Assembly (NCBI GenBank): GCA_964057225.1 | Contig: OZ059899.1 | Location: forward strand, 372,001-436,000 | Length of the DNA stretch: 64,000 nucleotides | DNA from: Auanema rhodensis | Taxonomy: Eukaryota; Animalia; Nematoda | Reading direction: 5' to 3' | Shown: one piece after another, positions 27,601 through 43,800 of the stretch | Layout of the letters: each line of letters opens with the position of its first letter | How positions within the stretch are numbered: position 1 is the stretch's first letter | Notes under the pieces: model-generated | Seen by the model: only the letters and a program-made list of their open reading frames with translations | The model's database searches: none | What the model was told of the DNA's origin: nothing | Position numbers and translations under genes: made by a program

Positions 27601-30448
27601 AGCGAGTTACATACCAAGTGCACATCACGTGTACATTTAATTAGCATAAATTAAAGTTCACGTAAATTTCAAAGTCATGGTTACCATGCACCAATATCAA
27701 TAAAAATTTGTTTTTTGACTAATATGGACATGGGGAATCTAATTTTGAAAACCGCATCTCTTTATCTTTCACGTGAAGCGAGTTACATACCAAGTGCACA
27801 TCACGTGTACATTTAATTAGCATAAATTAAAGTTCACGTAAATTTCAAAGTCATGGTTACCATGAACCAATATCAATAAAAATTTGTTTTTAGACTAATA
27901 TGGACATGGGGAATCTAATTTTGAAAACCGCATCTCTTTATCTTTCACGTGAAGCGAGTTACATACCAAGTGCACATCACGTGTACATTTAATTAGCATA
28001 AATTAAAGTTCACGTAAATTTCAAAGTCATGGTTACCATGCACCAATATCAATAAAAATTTGTTTTTTGACTAATATGGACATGGGGAATCTAATTTTGA
28101 AAACCGCATCTCTTTATCTTTCACGTGAAGCGAGTTACATACCAAGTGCACATCACGTGTACATTTAATTAGCATAAATTAAAGTTCACGTAAATTTCAA
28201 AGTCATGGTTACCATGAACCAATATCAATAAAAATTTGTTTTTAGACTAATATGGACATGGGGAATCTAATTTTGAAAACCGCATCTCTTTATCTTTCAC
28301 GTGAAGCGAGTTACATACCAAGTGCACATCACGTGTACATTTAATTAGCATAAATTAAAGTTCACGTAAATTTCAAAGTCATGGTTACCATGCACCAATA
28401 TCAATAAAAATTTGTTTTTAGACTAATATGGACATGGGGAATCTAATTTTGGAAACCGCATCTCTTTATCTTTCACGTGAAGCGAGTTACATACCAAGTG
28501 CACATCACGTGTACATTTAATTAGCATAAATTAAAGTTCACGTAAATTTCAAAGTCATGATTACCATGCACCAATATCAATAAAAATTTGTTTTTTGACT
28601 AATATGGACATGGGGAATCTAATTTTGAAAACCGCATCTCTTTATCTTTCACGTGAAGCGAGTTACATACCAAGTGCACATCACGTGTACATTTAATTAG
28701 CATAAATTAAAGTTCACGTAAATTTCAAAGTCATGGTTACCATGCACCAATATCAATAAAAATTTGTTTTTTGACTAATATGGACATGGGGAATCTAATT
28801 TTGAAAACCGCATCTCTTTATCTTTCACGTGAAGCGAGTTACATACCAAGTGCACATCACGTGTACATTTAATTAGCATAAATTAAAGTTCACGTAAATT
28901 TCAAAGTCATGGTTACCATGAACCAATATCAATAAAAATTTGTTTTTAGACTAATATGGACATGGGGAATCTAATTTTGAAAACCGCATCTCTTTATCTT
29001 TCACGTGAAGCGAGTTACATACCAAGTGCACATCACGTGTACATTTAATTAGCATAAATTAAAGTTCACGTAAATTTCAAAGTCATGGTTACCATGCACC
29101 AATATCAATAAAAATTTGTTTTTAGACTAATATGGACATGGGGAATTTAATTTTGAAAACCGCATCTCTTTATCTTTCACGTGAAGCGAGTTACATACCA
29201 AGTGCACATCACGTGTACATTTAATTAGCATAAATTAAAGTTCACGTAAATTTCAAAGTCATGGTTACCATGCACCAATATCAATAAAAATTTGTTTTTT
29301 GACTAATATGGACATGGGGAATCTAATTTTGAAAACCGCATCTCTTTATCTTTCACGTGAAGCGAGTTACATACCAAGTGCACATCACGTGTACATTTAA
29401 TTAGCATAAATTAAAGTTCACGTAAATTTCAAAGTCATGGTTACCATGAACCAATATCAATAAAAATTTGTTTTTAGACTAATATGGACATGGGGAATCT
29501 AATTTTGAAAACCGCATCTCTTTATCTTTCACGTGAAGCGAGTTACATACCAAGTGCACATCACGTGTACATTTAATTAGCATAAATTAAAGTTCACGTA
29601 AATTTCAAAGTCATGGTTACCATGCACCAATATCAATAAAAATTTGTTTTTAGACTAATATGGACATGGGGAATCTAATTTTGAAAACCGCATCTCTTTA
29701 TCTTTCACGTGAAGCGAGTTACATACCAAGTGCACATCACGTGTACATTTAATTAGCATAAATTAAAGTTCACGTAAATTTCAAAGTCATGATTACCATG
29801 CACCAATATCAATAAAAATTTGTTTTTTGACTAATATGGACATGGGGAATCTAATTTTGAAAACCGCATCTCTTTATCTTTCACGTGAAGCGAGTTACAT
29901 ACCAAGTGCACATCACGTGTACATTTAATTAGCATAAATTAAAGTTCACGTAAATTTCAAAGTCATGGTTACCATGCACCAATATCAATAAAAATTTGTT
30001 TTTTGACTAATATGGACATGGGGAATCTAATTTTGAAAACCGCATCTCTTTATCTTTCACGTGAAGCGAGTTACATACCAAGTGCACATCACGTGTACAT
30101 TTAATTAGCATAAATTAAAGTTCACGTAAATTTCAAAGTCATGGTTACCATGAACCAATATCAATAAAAATTTGTTTTTAGACTAATATGGACATGGGGA
30201 ATTTAATTTTGAAAACCGCATCTCTTTATCTTTCACGTGAAGCGAGTTACATACCAAGTGCACATCACGTGTACATTTAATTAGCATAAATTAAAGTTCA
30301 CGTAAATTTCAAAGTCATGGTTACCATGCACCAATATCAATAAAAATTTGTTTTTTGACTAATATGGACATGGGGAATCTAATTTTGAAAACCGCATCTC
30401 TTTATCTTTCACGTGAAGCGAGTTACATACCAAGTGCACATCACGTGT

Positions 30449-33264
30449 ACATTTAATTAGCATAAATTAAAGTTCACGTAAATTTCAAAGTCATGGTTAC
30501 CATGAACCAATATCAATAAAAATTTGTTTTTAGACTAATATGGACATGGGGAATTTAATTTTGAAAACCGCATCTCTTTATCTTTCACGTGAAGCGAGTT
30601 ACATACCAAGTGCACATCACGTGTACATTTAATTAGCATAAATTAAAGTTCACGTAAATTTCAAAGTCATGGTTACCATGCACCAATATCAATAAAAATT
30701 TGTTTTTTGACTAATATGGACATGGGGAATCTAATTTTGAAAACCGCATCTCTTTATCTTTCACGTGAAGCGAGTTACATACCAAGTGCACATCACGTGT
30801 ACATTTAATTAGCATAAATTAAAGTTCACGTAAATTTCAAAGTCATGGTTACCATGAACCAATATCAATAAAAATTTGTTTTTAGACTAATATGGACATG
30901 GGGAATCTAATTTTGAAAACCGCATCTCTTTATCTTTCACGTGAAGCGAGTTACATACCAAGTGCACATCACGTGTACATTTAATTAGCATAAATTAAAG
31001 TTCACGTAAATTTCAAAGTCATGGTTACCATGCACCAATATCAATAAAAATTTGTTTTTAGACTAATATGGACATGGGGAATCTAATTTTGGAAACCGCA
31101 TCTCTTTATCTTTCACGTGAAGCGAGTTACATACCAAGTGCACATCACGTGTACATTTAATTAGCATAAATTAAAGTTCACGTAAATTTCAAAGTCATGA
31201 TTACCATGCACCAATATCAATAAAAATTTGTTTTTTGACTAATATGGACATGGGGAATCTAATTTTGAAAACCGCATCTCTTTATCTTTCACGTGAAGCG
31301 AGTTACATACCAAGTGCACATCACGTGTACATTTAATTAGCATAAATTAAAGTTCACGTAAATTTCAAAGTCATGGTTACCATGCACCAATATCAATAAA
31401 AATTTGTTTTTTGACTAATATGGACATGGGGAATCTAATTTTGAAAACCGCATCTCTTTATCTTTCACGTGAAGCGAGTTACATACCAAGTGCACATCAC
31501 GTGTACATTTAATTAGCATAAATTAAAGTTCACGTAAATTTCAAAGTCATGGTTACCATGAACCAATATCAATAAAAATTTGTTTTTAGACTAATATGGA
31601 CATGGGGAATCTAATTTTGAAAACCGCATCTCTTTATCTTTCACGTGAAGCGAGTTACATACCAAGTGCACATCACGTGTACATTTAATTAGCATAAATT
31701 AAAGTTCACGTAAATTTCAAAGTCATGGTTACCATGCACCAATATCAATAAAAATTTGTTTTTAGACTAATATGGACATGGGGAATCTAATTTTGGAAAC
31801 CGCATCTCTTTATCTTTCACGTGAAGCGAGTTACATACCAAGTGCACATCAAGTGTACATTTAATTAGCATAAATTAAAGTTCACGTAAATTTCAAAGTC
31901 ATGGTTACCATGAACCAATATCAATAAAAATTTGTTTTTAGACTAATATGGACATGGGGAATTTAATTTTGAAAACCGCATCTCTTTATCTTTCACGTGA
32001 AGCGAGTTACATACCAAGTGCACATCACGTGTACATTTAATTAGCATAAATTAAAGTTCACGTAAATTTCAAAGTCATGGTTACCATGCACCAATATCAA
32101 TAAAAATTTGTTTTTTGACTAATATGGACATGGGGAATCTAATTTTGAAAACCGCATCTCTTTATCTTTCACGTGAAGCGAGTTACATACCAAGTGCACA
32201 TCACGTGTACATTTAATTAGCATAAATTAAAGTTCACGTAAATTTCAAAGTCATGGTTACCATGAACCAATATCAATAAAAATTTGTTTTTAGACTAATA
32301 TGGACATGGGGAATCTAATTTTGAAAACCGCATCTCTTTATCTTTCACGTGAAGCGAGTTACATACCAAGTGCACATCACGTGTACATTTAATTAGCATA
32401 AATTAAAGTTCACGTAAATTTCAAAGTCATGGTTACCATGCACCAATATCAATAAAAATTTGTTTTTAGACTAATATGGACATGGGGAATCTAATTTTGG
32501 AAACCGCATCTCTTTATCTTTCACGTGAAGCGAGTTACATACCAAGTGCACATCACGTGTACATTTAATTAGCATAAATTAAAGTTCACGTAAATTTCAA
32601 AGTCATGATTACCATGCACCAATATCAATAAAAATTTGTTTTTTGACTAATATGGACATGGGGAATCTAATTTTGAAAACCGCATCTCTTTATCTTTCAC
32701 GTGAAGCGAGTTACATACCAAGTGCACATCACGTGTACATTTAATTAGCATAAATTAAAGTTCACGTAAATTTCAAAGTCATGGTTACCATGCACCAATA
32801 TCAATAAAAATTTGTTTTTTGACTAATATGGACATGGGGAATCTAATTTTGAAAACCGCATCTCTTTATCTTTCACGTGAAGCGAGTTACATACCAAGTG
32901 CACATCACGTGTACATTTAATTAGCATAAATTAAAGTTCACGTAAATTTCAAAGTCATGGTTACCATGAACCAATATCAATAAAAATTTGTTTTTAGACT
33001 AATATGGACATGGGGAATCTAATTTTGAAAACCGCATCTCTTTATCTTTCACGTGAAGCGAGTTACATACCAAGTGCACATCACGTGTACATTTAATTAG
33101 CATAAATTAAAGTTCACGTAAATTTCAAAGTCATGGTTACCATGCACCAATATCAATAAAAATTTGTTTTTAGACTAATATGGACATGGGGAATCTAATT
33201 TTGGAAACCGCATCTCTTTATCTTTCACGTGAAGCGAGTTACATACCAAGTGCACATCAAGTGT
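30449..33264. repeat. Tandem 8-mer (1408 bp) x2, built from two related 4-mers
   Basis: The order 107T; 84T; 57A; 116G; 48A+84T; 84T; 57A; 116G+172A occurs twice. 172A is at 31852 and 33260. Confidence 0.88.
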
Positions 33265-36200
33265 ACATTTAATTAGCATAAATTAAAGTTCACGTAAATT
33301 TCAAAGTCATGGTTACCATGAACCAATATCAATAAAAATTTGTTTTTAGACTAATATGGACATGGGGAATTTAATTTTGAAAACCGCATCTCTTTATCTT
33401 TCACGTGAAGCGAGTTACATACCAAGTGCACATCACGTGTACATTTAATTAGCATAAATTAAAGTTCACGTAAATTTCAAAGTCATGGTTACCATGAACC
33501 AATATCAATAAAAATTTGTTTTTTGACTAATATGGACATGGGGAATCTAATTTTGAAAACCGCATCTCTTTATCTTTCACGTGAAGCGAGTTACATACCA
33601 AGTGCACATCACGTGTACATTTAATTAGCATAAATTAAAGTTCACGTAAATTTCAAAGTCATGGTTACCATGAACCAATATCAATAAAAATTTGTTTTTA
33701 GACTAATATGGACATGGGGAATCTAATTTTGAAAACCGCATCTCTTTATCTTTCACGTGAAGCGAGTTACATACCAAGTGCACATCACGTGTACATTTAA
33801 TTAGCATAAATTGAAGTTCACGTAAATTTCAAAGTCATGGTTACCATGAACCAATATCAATAAAAATTTGTTTTTAGACTAATATGGACATGGGGTATCT
33901 AATTTTGAAAACCGCATCTCTTTATCTTTCACGTGAAGCGAGTTACATACCAAGTGCACATCACGTGTACATTTAATTAGCATAAATTAAAGTTCACGTA
34001 AATTTCAAAGTCATGGTTACCATGAACCAATATCAATAAAAATTTGTTTTTAGACTAATATGGACATGGGGAATCTAATTTTGAAAACCGCATCTCTTTA
34101 TCTTTTACGTGAAGCGAGTTACATACCAAGGGCACATCACGTGTACATTTAATTAGCATAAATTAAAGTTCACGTAAATTTCAAAGTCATGGTTAGCATG
34201 CACCAATATCAATAAAAATTTGTTTTTAGACTAATATGGACATGGGGAATCTAATTTTGAAAACCGCATCTTTTTATCTTTCACGTGAAGCGAGTTACAT
34301 ACCAAGTGCACATCACGTGTACATTTAATTAGCATAAATTAAAGTTCACGTAAATTTCAAAGTCATGGTTACCATGCACCAATATCAATAAAAATTTGTT
34401 TTTAGACTAATATGGACATGGGGAATCTAATTTTGAAAACCGCATCTCTTTATCTTTCACGTGAAGCGAGTTACATACCAAGGGCACATCACGTGTACAT
34501 TTAATTAGCATAAATTAAAGTTCACGTAAATTTCAAAGTCATGGTTACCATGCACCAATATCAATAAAAATTTGTTTTTAGACTAATATGGACATGGGGA
34601 ATCTAATTTTGAAAACCGCATCTCTTTATCTTTCACGTGAAGCGAGTTACATACCAAGTGCACATCACGTGTACATTTAATTAGCATAAATTGAAGTTCA
34701 CGTAAATTTCAAAGTCATGGTTACCATGAACCAATATCAATAAAAATTTGTTTTTAGACTAATATGGACATGGGGTATCTAATTTTGAAAACCGCATCTC
34801 TTTATCTTTCACGTGAAGCGAGTTACATACCAAGTGCACATCACGTGTACATTTAATTAGCATAAATTAAAGTTCACGTAAATTTCAAAGTCATGGTTAC
34901 CATGAACCAATATCAATAAAAATTTATTTTTAGACTAATATGGACATGGGGAATCTAATTTTGAAAACCGCATCTCTTTATCTTTCACGTGAAGCGAGTT
35001 ACATACCAAGTGCACATCACGTGTACATTTAATTAGCATAAATTAAAGTTCACGTAAATTTCAAAGTCATGGTTACCATGCACAAATATCAATAAAATTT
35101 TGTTTTTAGACTAATATGGACATGGGGAATCTAATTTTGAAAACCGCATCTCTTTATCTTTCACGTGAAGCGAGTTACATACCAAGTGCACATCACGTGT
35201 ACATTTAATTAGCATAAATTAAAGTTCACGTAAATTTCAAAGTCATGGTTACCATGCACCAATATCAATAAAAATTTGTTTTTTGACTAATATGGACATG
35301 GGGAATCTAATTTTGAGAACCGCATCTCTTTATCTTTCACGTGAAGCGAGTTACATACCAAGTGCACATCACGTGTACATTTAATTAGCATAAATTAAAG
35401 TTCACGTAAATTTCAAAGTCATGGTTACCATGAACCAATATCAATAAAAATTTGTTTTTAGACTAATATGGACATGGGGAATCTAATTTTGAAAACCGCA
35501 TCTCTTTATCTTTCACGTGAAGCGAGTTACATACCAAGTGCACATCACGTGTACATTTAATTAGCATAAATTAAAGTTCACGTAAATTTCAAAGTCATGG
35601 TTACCATGCACCAATATCAATAAAAATTTGTTTTTAGACTAATATGGACATGGGGAATCTAATTTTGGAAACCGCATCTCTTTATCTTTCACGTGAAGCG
35701 AGTTACATACCAAGTGCACATCACGTGTACATTTAATTAGCATAAATTGAAGTTCACGTAAATTTCAAAGTCATGGTTACCATGAACCAATATCAATAAA
35801 AATTTGTTTTTAGACTAATATGGACATGGGGTATCTAATTTTGAAAACCGCATCTCTTTATCTTTCACGTGAAGCGAGTTACATACCAAGTGCACATCAC
35901 GTGTACATTTAATTAGCATAAATTAAAGTTCACGTAAATTTCAAAGTCATGGTTACCATGAACCAATATCAATAAAAATTTGTTTTTAGACTAATATGGA
36001 CATGGGGAATCTAATTTTGAAAACCGCATCTCTTTATCTTTTACGTGAAGCGAGTTACATACCAAGTGCACATCACGTGTACATTTAATTAGCATAAATT
36101 AAAGTTCACGTAAATTTCAAAGTCATGGTTACCATGAACCAATAACAATAAAAATTTATTTTTAGACTAATATGGACATGGGGAATCTAATTTTGAAAAC

Positions 36201-38016
36201 CGCATCTCTTTATCTTTCACGTGAAGCGAGTTACATACCAAGTGCACATCACGTGTACATTTAATTAGCATAAATTAAAGTTCACGTAAATTTCAAAGTC
36301 ATGGTTACCATGCACAAATATCAATAAAATTTTGTTTTTAGACTAATATGGACATGGGGAATCTAATTTTGAAAACCGCATCTCTTTATCTTTCACGTGA
36401 AGCGAGTTACATACCAAGTGCACATCACGTGTACATTTAATTAGCATAAATTAAAGTTCACGTAAATTTCAAAGTCATGGTTACCATGAACCAATAACAA
36501 TAAAAATTTATTTTTAGACTAATATGGACATGGGGAATCTAATTTTGAAAACCGCATCTCTTTATCTTTCACGTGAAGCGAGTTACATACCAAGTGCACA
36601 TCACGTGTACATTTAATTAGCATAAATTAAAGTTCACGTAAATTTCAAAGTCATGGTTACCATGCACAAATATCAATAAAATTTTGTTTTTAGACTAATA
36701 TGGACATGGGGAATCTAATTTTGAAAACCGCATCTCTTTATCTTTCACGTGAAGCGAGTTACATACCAAGTGCACATCACGTGTACATTTAATTAGCATA
36801 AATTAAAGTTCACGTAAATTTCAAAGTCATGGTTACCATGCACCAATATCAATAAAAATTTGTTTTTTGACTAATATGGACATGGGGAATCTAATTTTGA
36901 AAACCGCATCTCTTTATCTTTCACGTGAAGCGAGTTACATACCAAGTGCACATCACGTGTACATTTAATTAGCATAAATTAAAGTTCACGTAAACTTCAA
37001 AGTCATGGTTACCATGAACCAATATCAATAAAAATTTGTTTTTAGACTAATATGGACATGGGGAATCTAATTTTGAAAACCGCATCTCTTTATCTTTCAC
37101 GTGAAGCGAGTTACATACCAAGTGCACATCACGTGTACATTTAATTAGCATAAATTAAAGTTCACGTAAATTTCAAAGTCATGGTTACCATGAACCAATA
37201 TCAATAAAAATTTGTTTTTAGACTAATATGGACATGGGGAATTTAATTTTGAAAACCGCATCTCTTTATCTTTCACGTGAAGCGAGTTACATACCAAGTG
37301 CACATCACGTGTACATTTAATTAGCATAAATTAAAGTTCACGTAAATTTCAAAGTCATGGTTACCATGCACCAATATCAATAAAAATTTGTTTTTTGACT
37401 AATATGGACATGGGGAATCTAATTTTGAAAACCGCATCTCTTTATCTTTCACGTGAAGCGAGTTACATACCAAGTGCACATCACGTGTACATTTAATTAG
37501 CATAAATTAAAGTTCACGTAAATTTCAAAGTCATGGTTACCATGAACCAATATCAATAAAAATTTGTTTTTAGACTAATATGGACATGGGGAATCTAATT
37601 TTGAAAACCGCATCTCTTTATCTTTCACGTGAAGCGAGTTACATACCAAGTGCACATCACGTGTACATTTAATTAGCATAAATTAAAGTTCACGTAAATT
37701 TCAAAGTCATGGTTACCATGCACCAATATCAATAAAAATTTGTTTTTAGACTAATATGGACATGGGGAATCTAATTTTGGAAACCGCATCTCTTTATCTT
37801 TCACGTGAAGCGAGTTACATACCAAGTGCACATCACGTGTACATTTAATTAGCATAAATTAAAGTTCACGTAAATTTCAAAGTCATGATTACCATGCACC
37901 AATATCAATAAAAATTTGTTTTTAGACTAATATGGACATGGGGAATCTAATTTTGAAAACCGCATCTCTTTATCTTTCACGTGAAGCGAGTTACATACCA
38001 AGTGCACATCACGTGT

Positions 38017-40832
38017 ACATTTAATTAGCATAAATTAAAGTTCACGTAAATTTCAAAGTCATGGTTACCATGAACCAATATCAATAAAAATTTGTTTTTA
38101 GACTAATATGGACATGGGGAATTTAATTTTGAAAACCGCATCTCTTTATCTTTCACGTGAAGCGAGTTACATACCAAGTGCACATCACGTGTACATTTAA
38201 TTAGCATAAATTAAAGTTCACGTAAATTTCAAAGTCATGGTTACCATGCACCAATATCAATAAAAATTTGTTTTTTGACTAATATGGACATGGGGAATCT
38301 AATTTTGAAAACCGCATCTCTTTATCTTTCACGTGAAGCGAGTTACATACCAAGTGCACATCACGTGTACATTTAATTAGCATAAATTAAAGTTCACGTA
38401 AATTTCAAAGTCATGGTTACCATGAACCAATATCAATAAAAATTTGTTTTTAGACTAATATGGACATGGGGAATCTAATTTTGAAAACCGCATCTCTTTA
38501 TCTTTCACGTGAAGCGAGTTACATACCAAGTGCACATCACGTGTACATTTAATTAGCATAAATTAAAGTTCACGTAAATTTCAAAGTCATGGTTACCATG
38601 CACCAATATCAATAAAAATTTGTTTTTAGACTAATATGGACATGGGGAATCTAATTTTGGAAACCGCATCTCTTTATCTTTCACGTGAAGCGAGTTACAT
38701 ACCAAGTGCACATCACGTGTACATTTAATTAGCATAAATTAAAGTTCACGTAAATTTCAAAGTCATGATTACCATGCACCAATATCAATAAAAATTTGTT
38801 TTTTGACTAATATGGACATGGGGAATCTAATTTTGAAAACCGCATCTCTTTATCTTTCACGTGAAGCGAGTTACATACCAAGTGCACATCACGTGTACAT
38901 TTAATTAGCATAAATTAAAGTTCACGTAAATTTCAAAGTCATGGTTACCATGCACCAATATCAATAAAAATTTGTTTTTTGACTAATATGGACATGGGGA
39001 ATCTAATTTTGAAAACCGCATCTCTTTATCTTTCACGTGAAGCGAGTTACATACCAAGTGCACATCACGTGTACATTTAATTAGCATAAATTAAAGTTCA
39101 CGTAAATTTCAAAGTCATGGTTACCATGAACCAATATCAATAAAAATTTGTTTTTAGACTAATATGGACATGGGGAATCTAATTTTGAAAACCGCATCTC
39201 TTTATCTTTCACGTGAAGCGAGTTACATACCAAGTGCACATCACGTGTACATTTAATTAGCATAAATTAAAGTTCACGTAAATTTCAAAGTCATGGTTAC
39301 CATGCACCAATATCAATAAAAATTTGTTTTTAGACTAATATGGACATGGGGAATCTAATTTTGGAAACCGCATCTCTTTATCTTTCACGTGAAGCGAGTT
39401 ACATACCAAGTGCACATCAAGTGTACATTTAATTAGCATAAATTAAAGTTCACGTAAATTTCAAAGTCATGGTTACCATGAACCAATATCAATAAAAATT
39501 TGTTTTTAGACTAATATGGACATGGGGAATTTAATTTTGAAAACCGCATCTCTTTATCTTTCACGTGAAGCGAGTTACATACCAAGTGCACATCACGTGT
39601 ACATTTAATTAGCATAAATTAAAGTTCACGTAAATTTCAAAGTCATGGTTACCATGCACCAATATCAATAAAAATTTGTTTTTTGACTAATATGGACATG
39701 GGGAATCTAATTTTGAAAACCGCATCTCTTTATCTTTCACGTGAAGCGAGTTACATACCAAGTGCACATCACGTGTACATTTAATTAGCATAAATTAAAG
39801 TTCACGTAAATTTCAAAGTCATGGTTACCATGAACCAATATCAATAAAAATTTGTTTTTAGACTAATATGGACATGGGGAATCTAATTTTGAAAACCGCA
39901 TCTCTTTATCTTTCACGTGAAGCGAGTTACATACCAAGTGCACATCACGTGTACATTTAATTAGCATAAATTAAAGTTCACGTAAATTTCAAAGTCATGG
40001 TTACCATGCACCAATATCAATAAAAATTTGTTTTTAGACTAATATGGACATGGGGAATCTAATTTTGGAAACCGCATCTCTTTATCTTTCACGTGAAGCG
40101 AGTTACATACCAAGTGCACATCACGTGTACATTTAATTAGCATAAATTAAAGTTCACGTAAATTTCAAAGTCATGATTACCATGCACCAATATCAATAAA
40201 AATTTGTTTTTTGACTAATATGGACATGGGGAATCTAATTTTGAAAACCGCATCTCTTTATCTTTCACGTGAAGCGAGTTACATACCAAGTGCACATCAC
40301 GTGTACATTTAATTAGCATAAATTAAAGTTCACGTAAATTTCAAAGTCATGGTTACCATGCACCAATATCAATAAAAATTTGTTTTTTGACTAATATGGA
40401 CATGGGGAATCTAATTTTGAAAACCGCATCTCTTTATCTTTCACGTGAAGCGAGTTACATACCAAGTGCACATCACGTGTACATTTAATTAGCATAAATT
40501 AAAGTTCACGTAAATTTCAAAGTCATGGTTACCATGAACCAATATCAATAAAAATTTGTTTTTAGACTAATATGGACATGGGGAATCTAATTTTGAAAAC
40601 CGCATCTCTTTATCTTTCACGTGAAGCGAGTTACATACCAAGTGCACATCACGTGTACATTTAATTAGCATAAATTAAAGTTCACGTAAATTTCAAAGTC
40701 ATGGTTACCATGCACCAATATCAATAAAAATTTGTTTTTAGACTAATATGGACATGGGGAATCTAATTTTGGAAACCGCATCTCTTTATCTTTCACGTGA
40801 AGCGAGTTACATACCAAGTGCACATCAAGTGT
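38017..40832. repeat. Second tandem pair of the same 8-mer
   Basis: Same variant order as 30449-33264, with 172A at 39420 and 40828. Confidence 0.88.
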
Positions 40833-43800
40833 ACATTTAATTAGCATAAATTAAAGTTCACGTAAATTTCAAAGTCATGGTTACCATGAACCAATATCAA
40901 TAAAAATTTGTTTTTAGACTAATATGGACATGGGGAATTTAATTTTGAAAACCGCATCTCTTTATCTTTCACGTGAAGCGAGTTACATACCAAGTGCACA
41001 TCACGTGTACATTTAATTAGCATAAATTAAAGTTCACGTAAATTTCAAAGTCATGGTTACCATGCACCAATATCAATAAAAATTTGTTTTTTGACTAATA
41101 TGGACATGGGGAATCTAATTTTGAAAACCGCATCTCTTTATCTTTCACGTGAAGCGAGTTACATACCAAGTGCACATCACGTGTACATTTAATTAGCATA
41201 AATTAAAGTTCACGTAAATTTCAAAGTCATGGTTACCATGAACCAATATCAATAAAAATTTGTTTTTAGACTAATATGGACATGGGGAATCTAATTTTGA
41301 AAACCGCATCTCTTTATCTTTCACGTGAAGCGAGTTACATACCAAGTGCACATCACGTGTACATTTAATTAGCATAAATTAAAGTTCACGTAAATTTCAA
41401 AGTCATGGTTACCATGCACCAATATCAATAAAAATTTGTTTTTAGACTAATATGGACATGGGGAATCTAATTTTGGAAACCGCATCTCTTTATCTTTCAC
41501 GTGAAGCGAGTTACATACCAAGTGCACATCACGTGTACATTTAATTAGCATAAATTGAAGTTCACGTAAATTTCAAAGTCATGGTTACCATGAACCAATA
41601 TCAATAAAAATTTGTTTTTAGACTAATATGGACATGGGGTATCTAATTTTGAAAACCGCATCTCTTTATCTTTCACGTGAAGCGAGTTACATACCAAGTG
41701 CACATCACGTGTACATTTAATTAGCATAAATTAAAGTTCACGTAAATTTCAAAGTCATGGTTACCATGAACCAATATCAATAAAAATTTGTTTTTAGACT
41801 AATATGGACATGGGGAATCTAATTTCGAAAACCGCATCTCTTTATCTTTTACGTGAAGCGAGTTACATACCAAGGGCACATCACGTGTACATTTAATTAG
41901 CATAAATTAAAGTTCACGTAAATTTCAAAGTCATGGTTAGCATGCACCAATATCAATAAAAATTTGTTTTTAGACTAATATGGACATGGGGAATCTAATT
42001 TTGAAAACCGCATCTTTTTATCTTTCACGTGAAGCGAGTTACATACCAAGTGCACATCACGTGTACATTTAATTAGCATAAATTAAAGTTCACGTAAATT
42101 TCAAAGTCATGGTTACCATGCACCAATATCAATAAAAATTTGTTTTTAGACTAATATGGACATGGGTAATCTAATTTTGAAAACCGCATCTCTTTATCTT
42201 TCACGTGAAGCGAGTTACATACCAAGGGCACATCACGTGTACATTTAATTAGCATAAATTAAAGTTCACGTAAATTTCAAAGTCATGGTTACCATGCACC
42301 AATATCAATAAAAATTTGTTTTTAGACTAATATGGACATGGGGAATCTAATTTTGAAAACCGCATCTCTTTATCTTTCACGTGAAGCGAGTTACATACCA
42401 AGTGCACATCACGTGTACATTTAATTAGCATAAATTGAAGTTCACGTAAATTTCAAAGTCATGGTTACCATGAACCAATATCAATAAAAATTTGTTTTTA
42501 GACTAATATGGACATGGGGTATCTAATTTTGAAAACCGCATCTCTTTATCTTTCACGTGAAGCGAGTTACATACCAAGTGCACATCACGTGTACATTTAA
42601 TTAGCATAAATTAAAGTTCACGTAAATTTCAAAGTCATGGTTACCATGAACCAATATCAATAAAAATTTATTTTTAGACTAATATGGACATGGGGAATCT
42701 AATTTTGAAAACCGCATCTCTTTATCTTTCACGTGAAGCGAGTTACATACCAAGTGCACATCACGTGTACATTTAATTAGCATAAATTAAAGTTCACGTA
42801 AATTTCAAAGTCATGGTTACCATGCACAAATATCAATAAAATTTTGTTTTTAGACTAATATGGACATGGGGAATCTAATTTTGAAAACCGCATCTCTTTA
42901 TCTTTCACGTGAAGCGAGTTACATACCAAGTGCACATCACGTGTACATTTAATTAGCATAAATTAAAGTTCACGTAAATTTCAAAGTCATGGTTACCATG
43001 CACCAATATCAATAAAAATTTGTTTTTTGACTAATATGGACATGGGGAATCTAATTTTGAGAACCGCATCTCTTTATCTTTCACGTGAAGCGAGTTACAT
43101 ACCAAGTGCACATCACGTGTACATTTAATTAGCATAAATTAAAGTTCACGTAAATTTCAAAGTCATGGTTACCATGAACCAATATCAATAAAAATTTGTT
43201 TTTAGACTAATATGGACATGGGGAATCTAATTTTGAAAACCGCATCTCTTTATCTTTCACGTGAAGCGAGTTACATACCAAGTGCACATCACGTGTACAT
43301 TTAATTAGCATAAATTAAAGTTCACGTAAATTTCAAAGTCATGGTTACCATGCACCAATATCAATAAAAATTTGTTTTTAGACTAATATGGACATGGGGA
43401 ATCTAATTTTGGAAACCGCATCTCTTTATCTTTCACGTGAAGCGAGTTACATACCAAGTGCACATCACGTGTACATTTAATTAGCATAAATTGAAGTTCA
43501 CGTAAATTTCAAAGTCATGGTTACCATGAACCAATATCAATAAAAATTTGTTTTTAGACTAATATGGACATGGGGTATCTAATTTTGAAAACCGCATCTC
43601 TTTATCTTTCACGTGAAGCGAGTTACATACCAAGTGCACATCACGTGTACATTTAATTAGCATAAATTAAAGTTCACGTAAATTTCAAAGTCATGGTTAC
43701 CATGAACCAATATCAATAAAAATTTGTTTTTAGACTAATATGGACATGGGGAATCTAATTTTGAAAACCGCATCTCTTTATCTTTTACGTGAAGCGAGTT

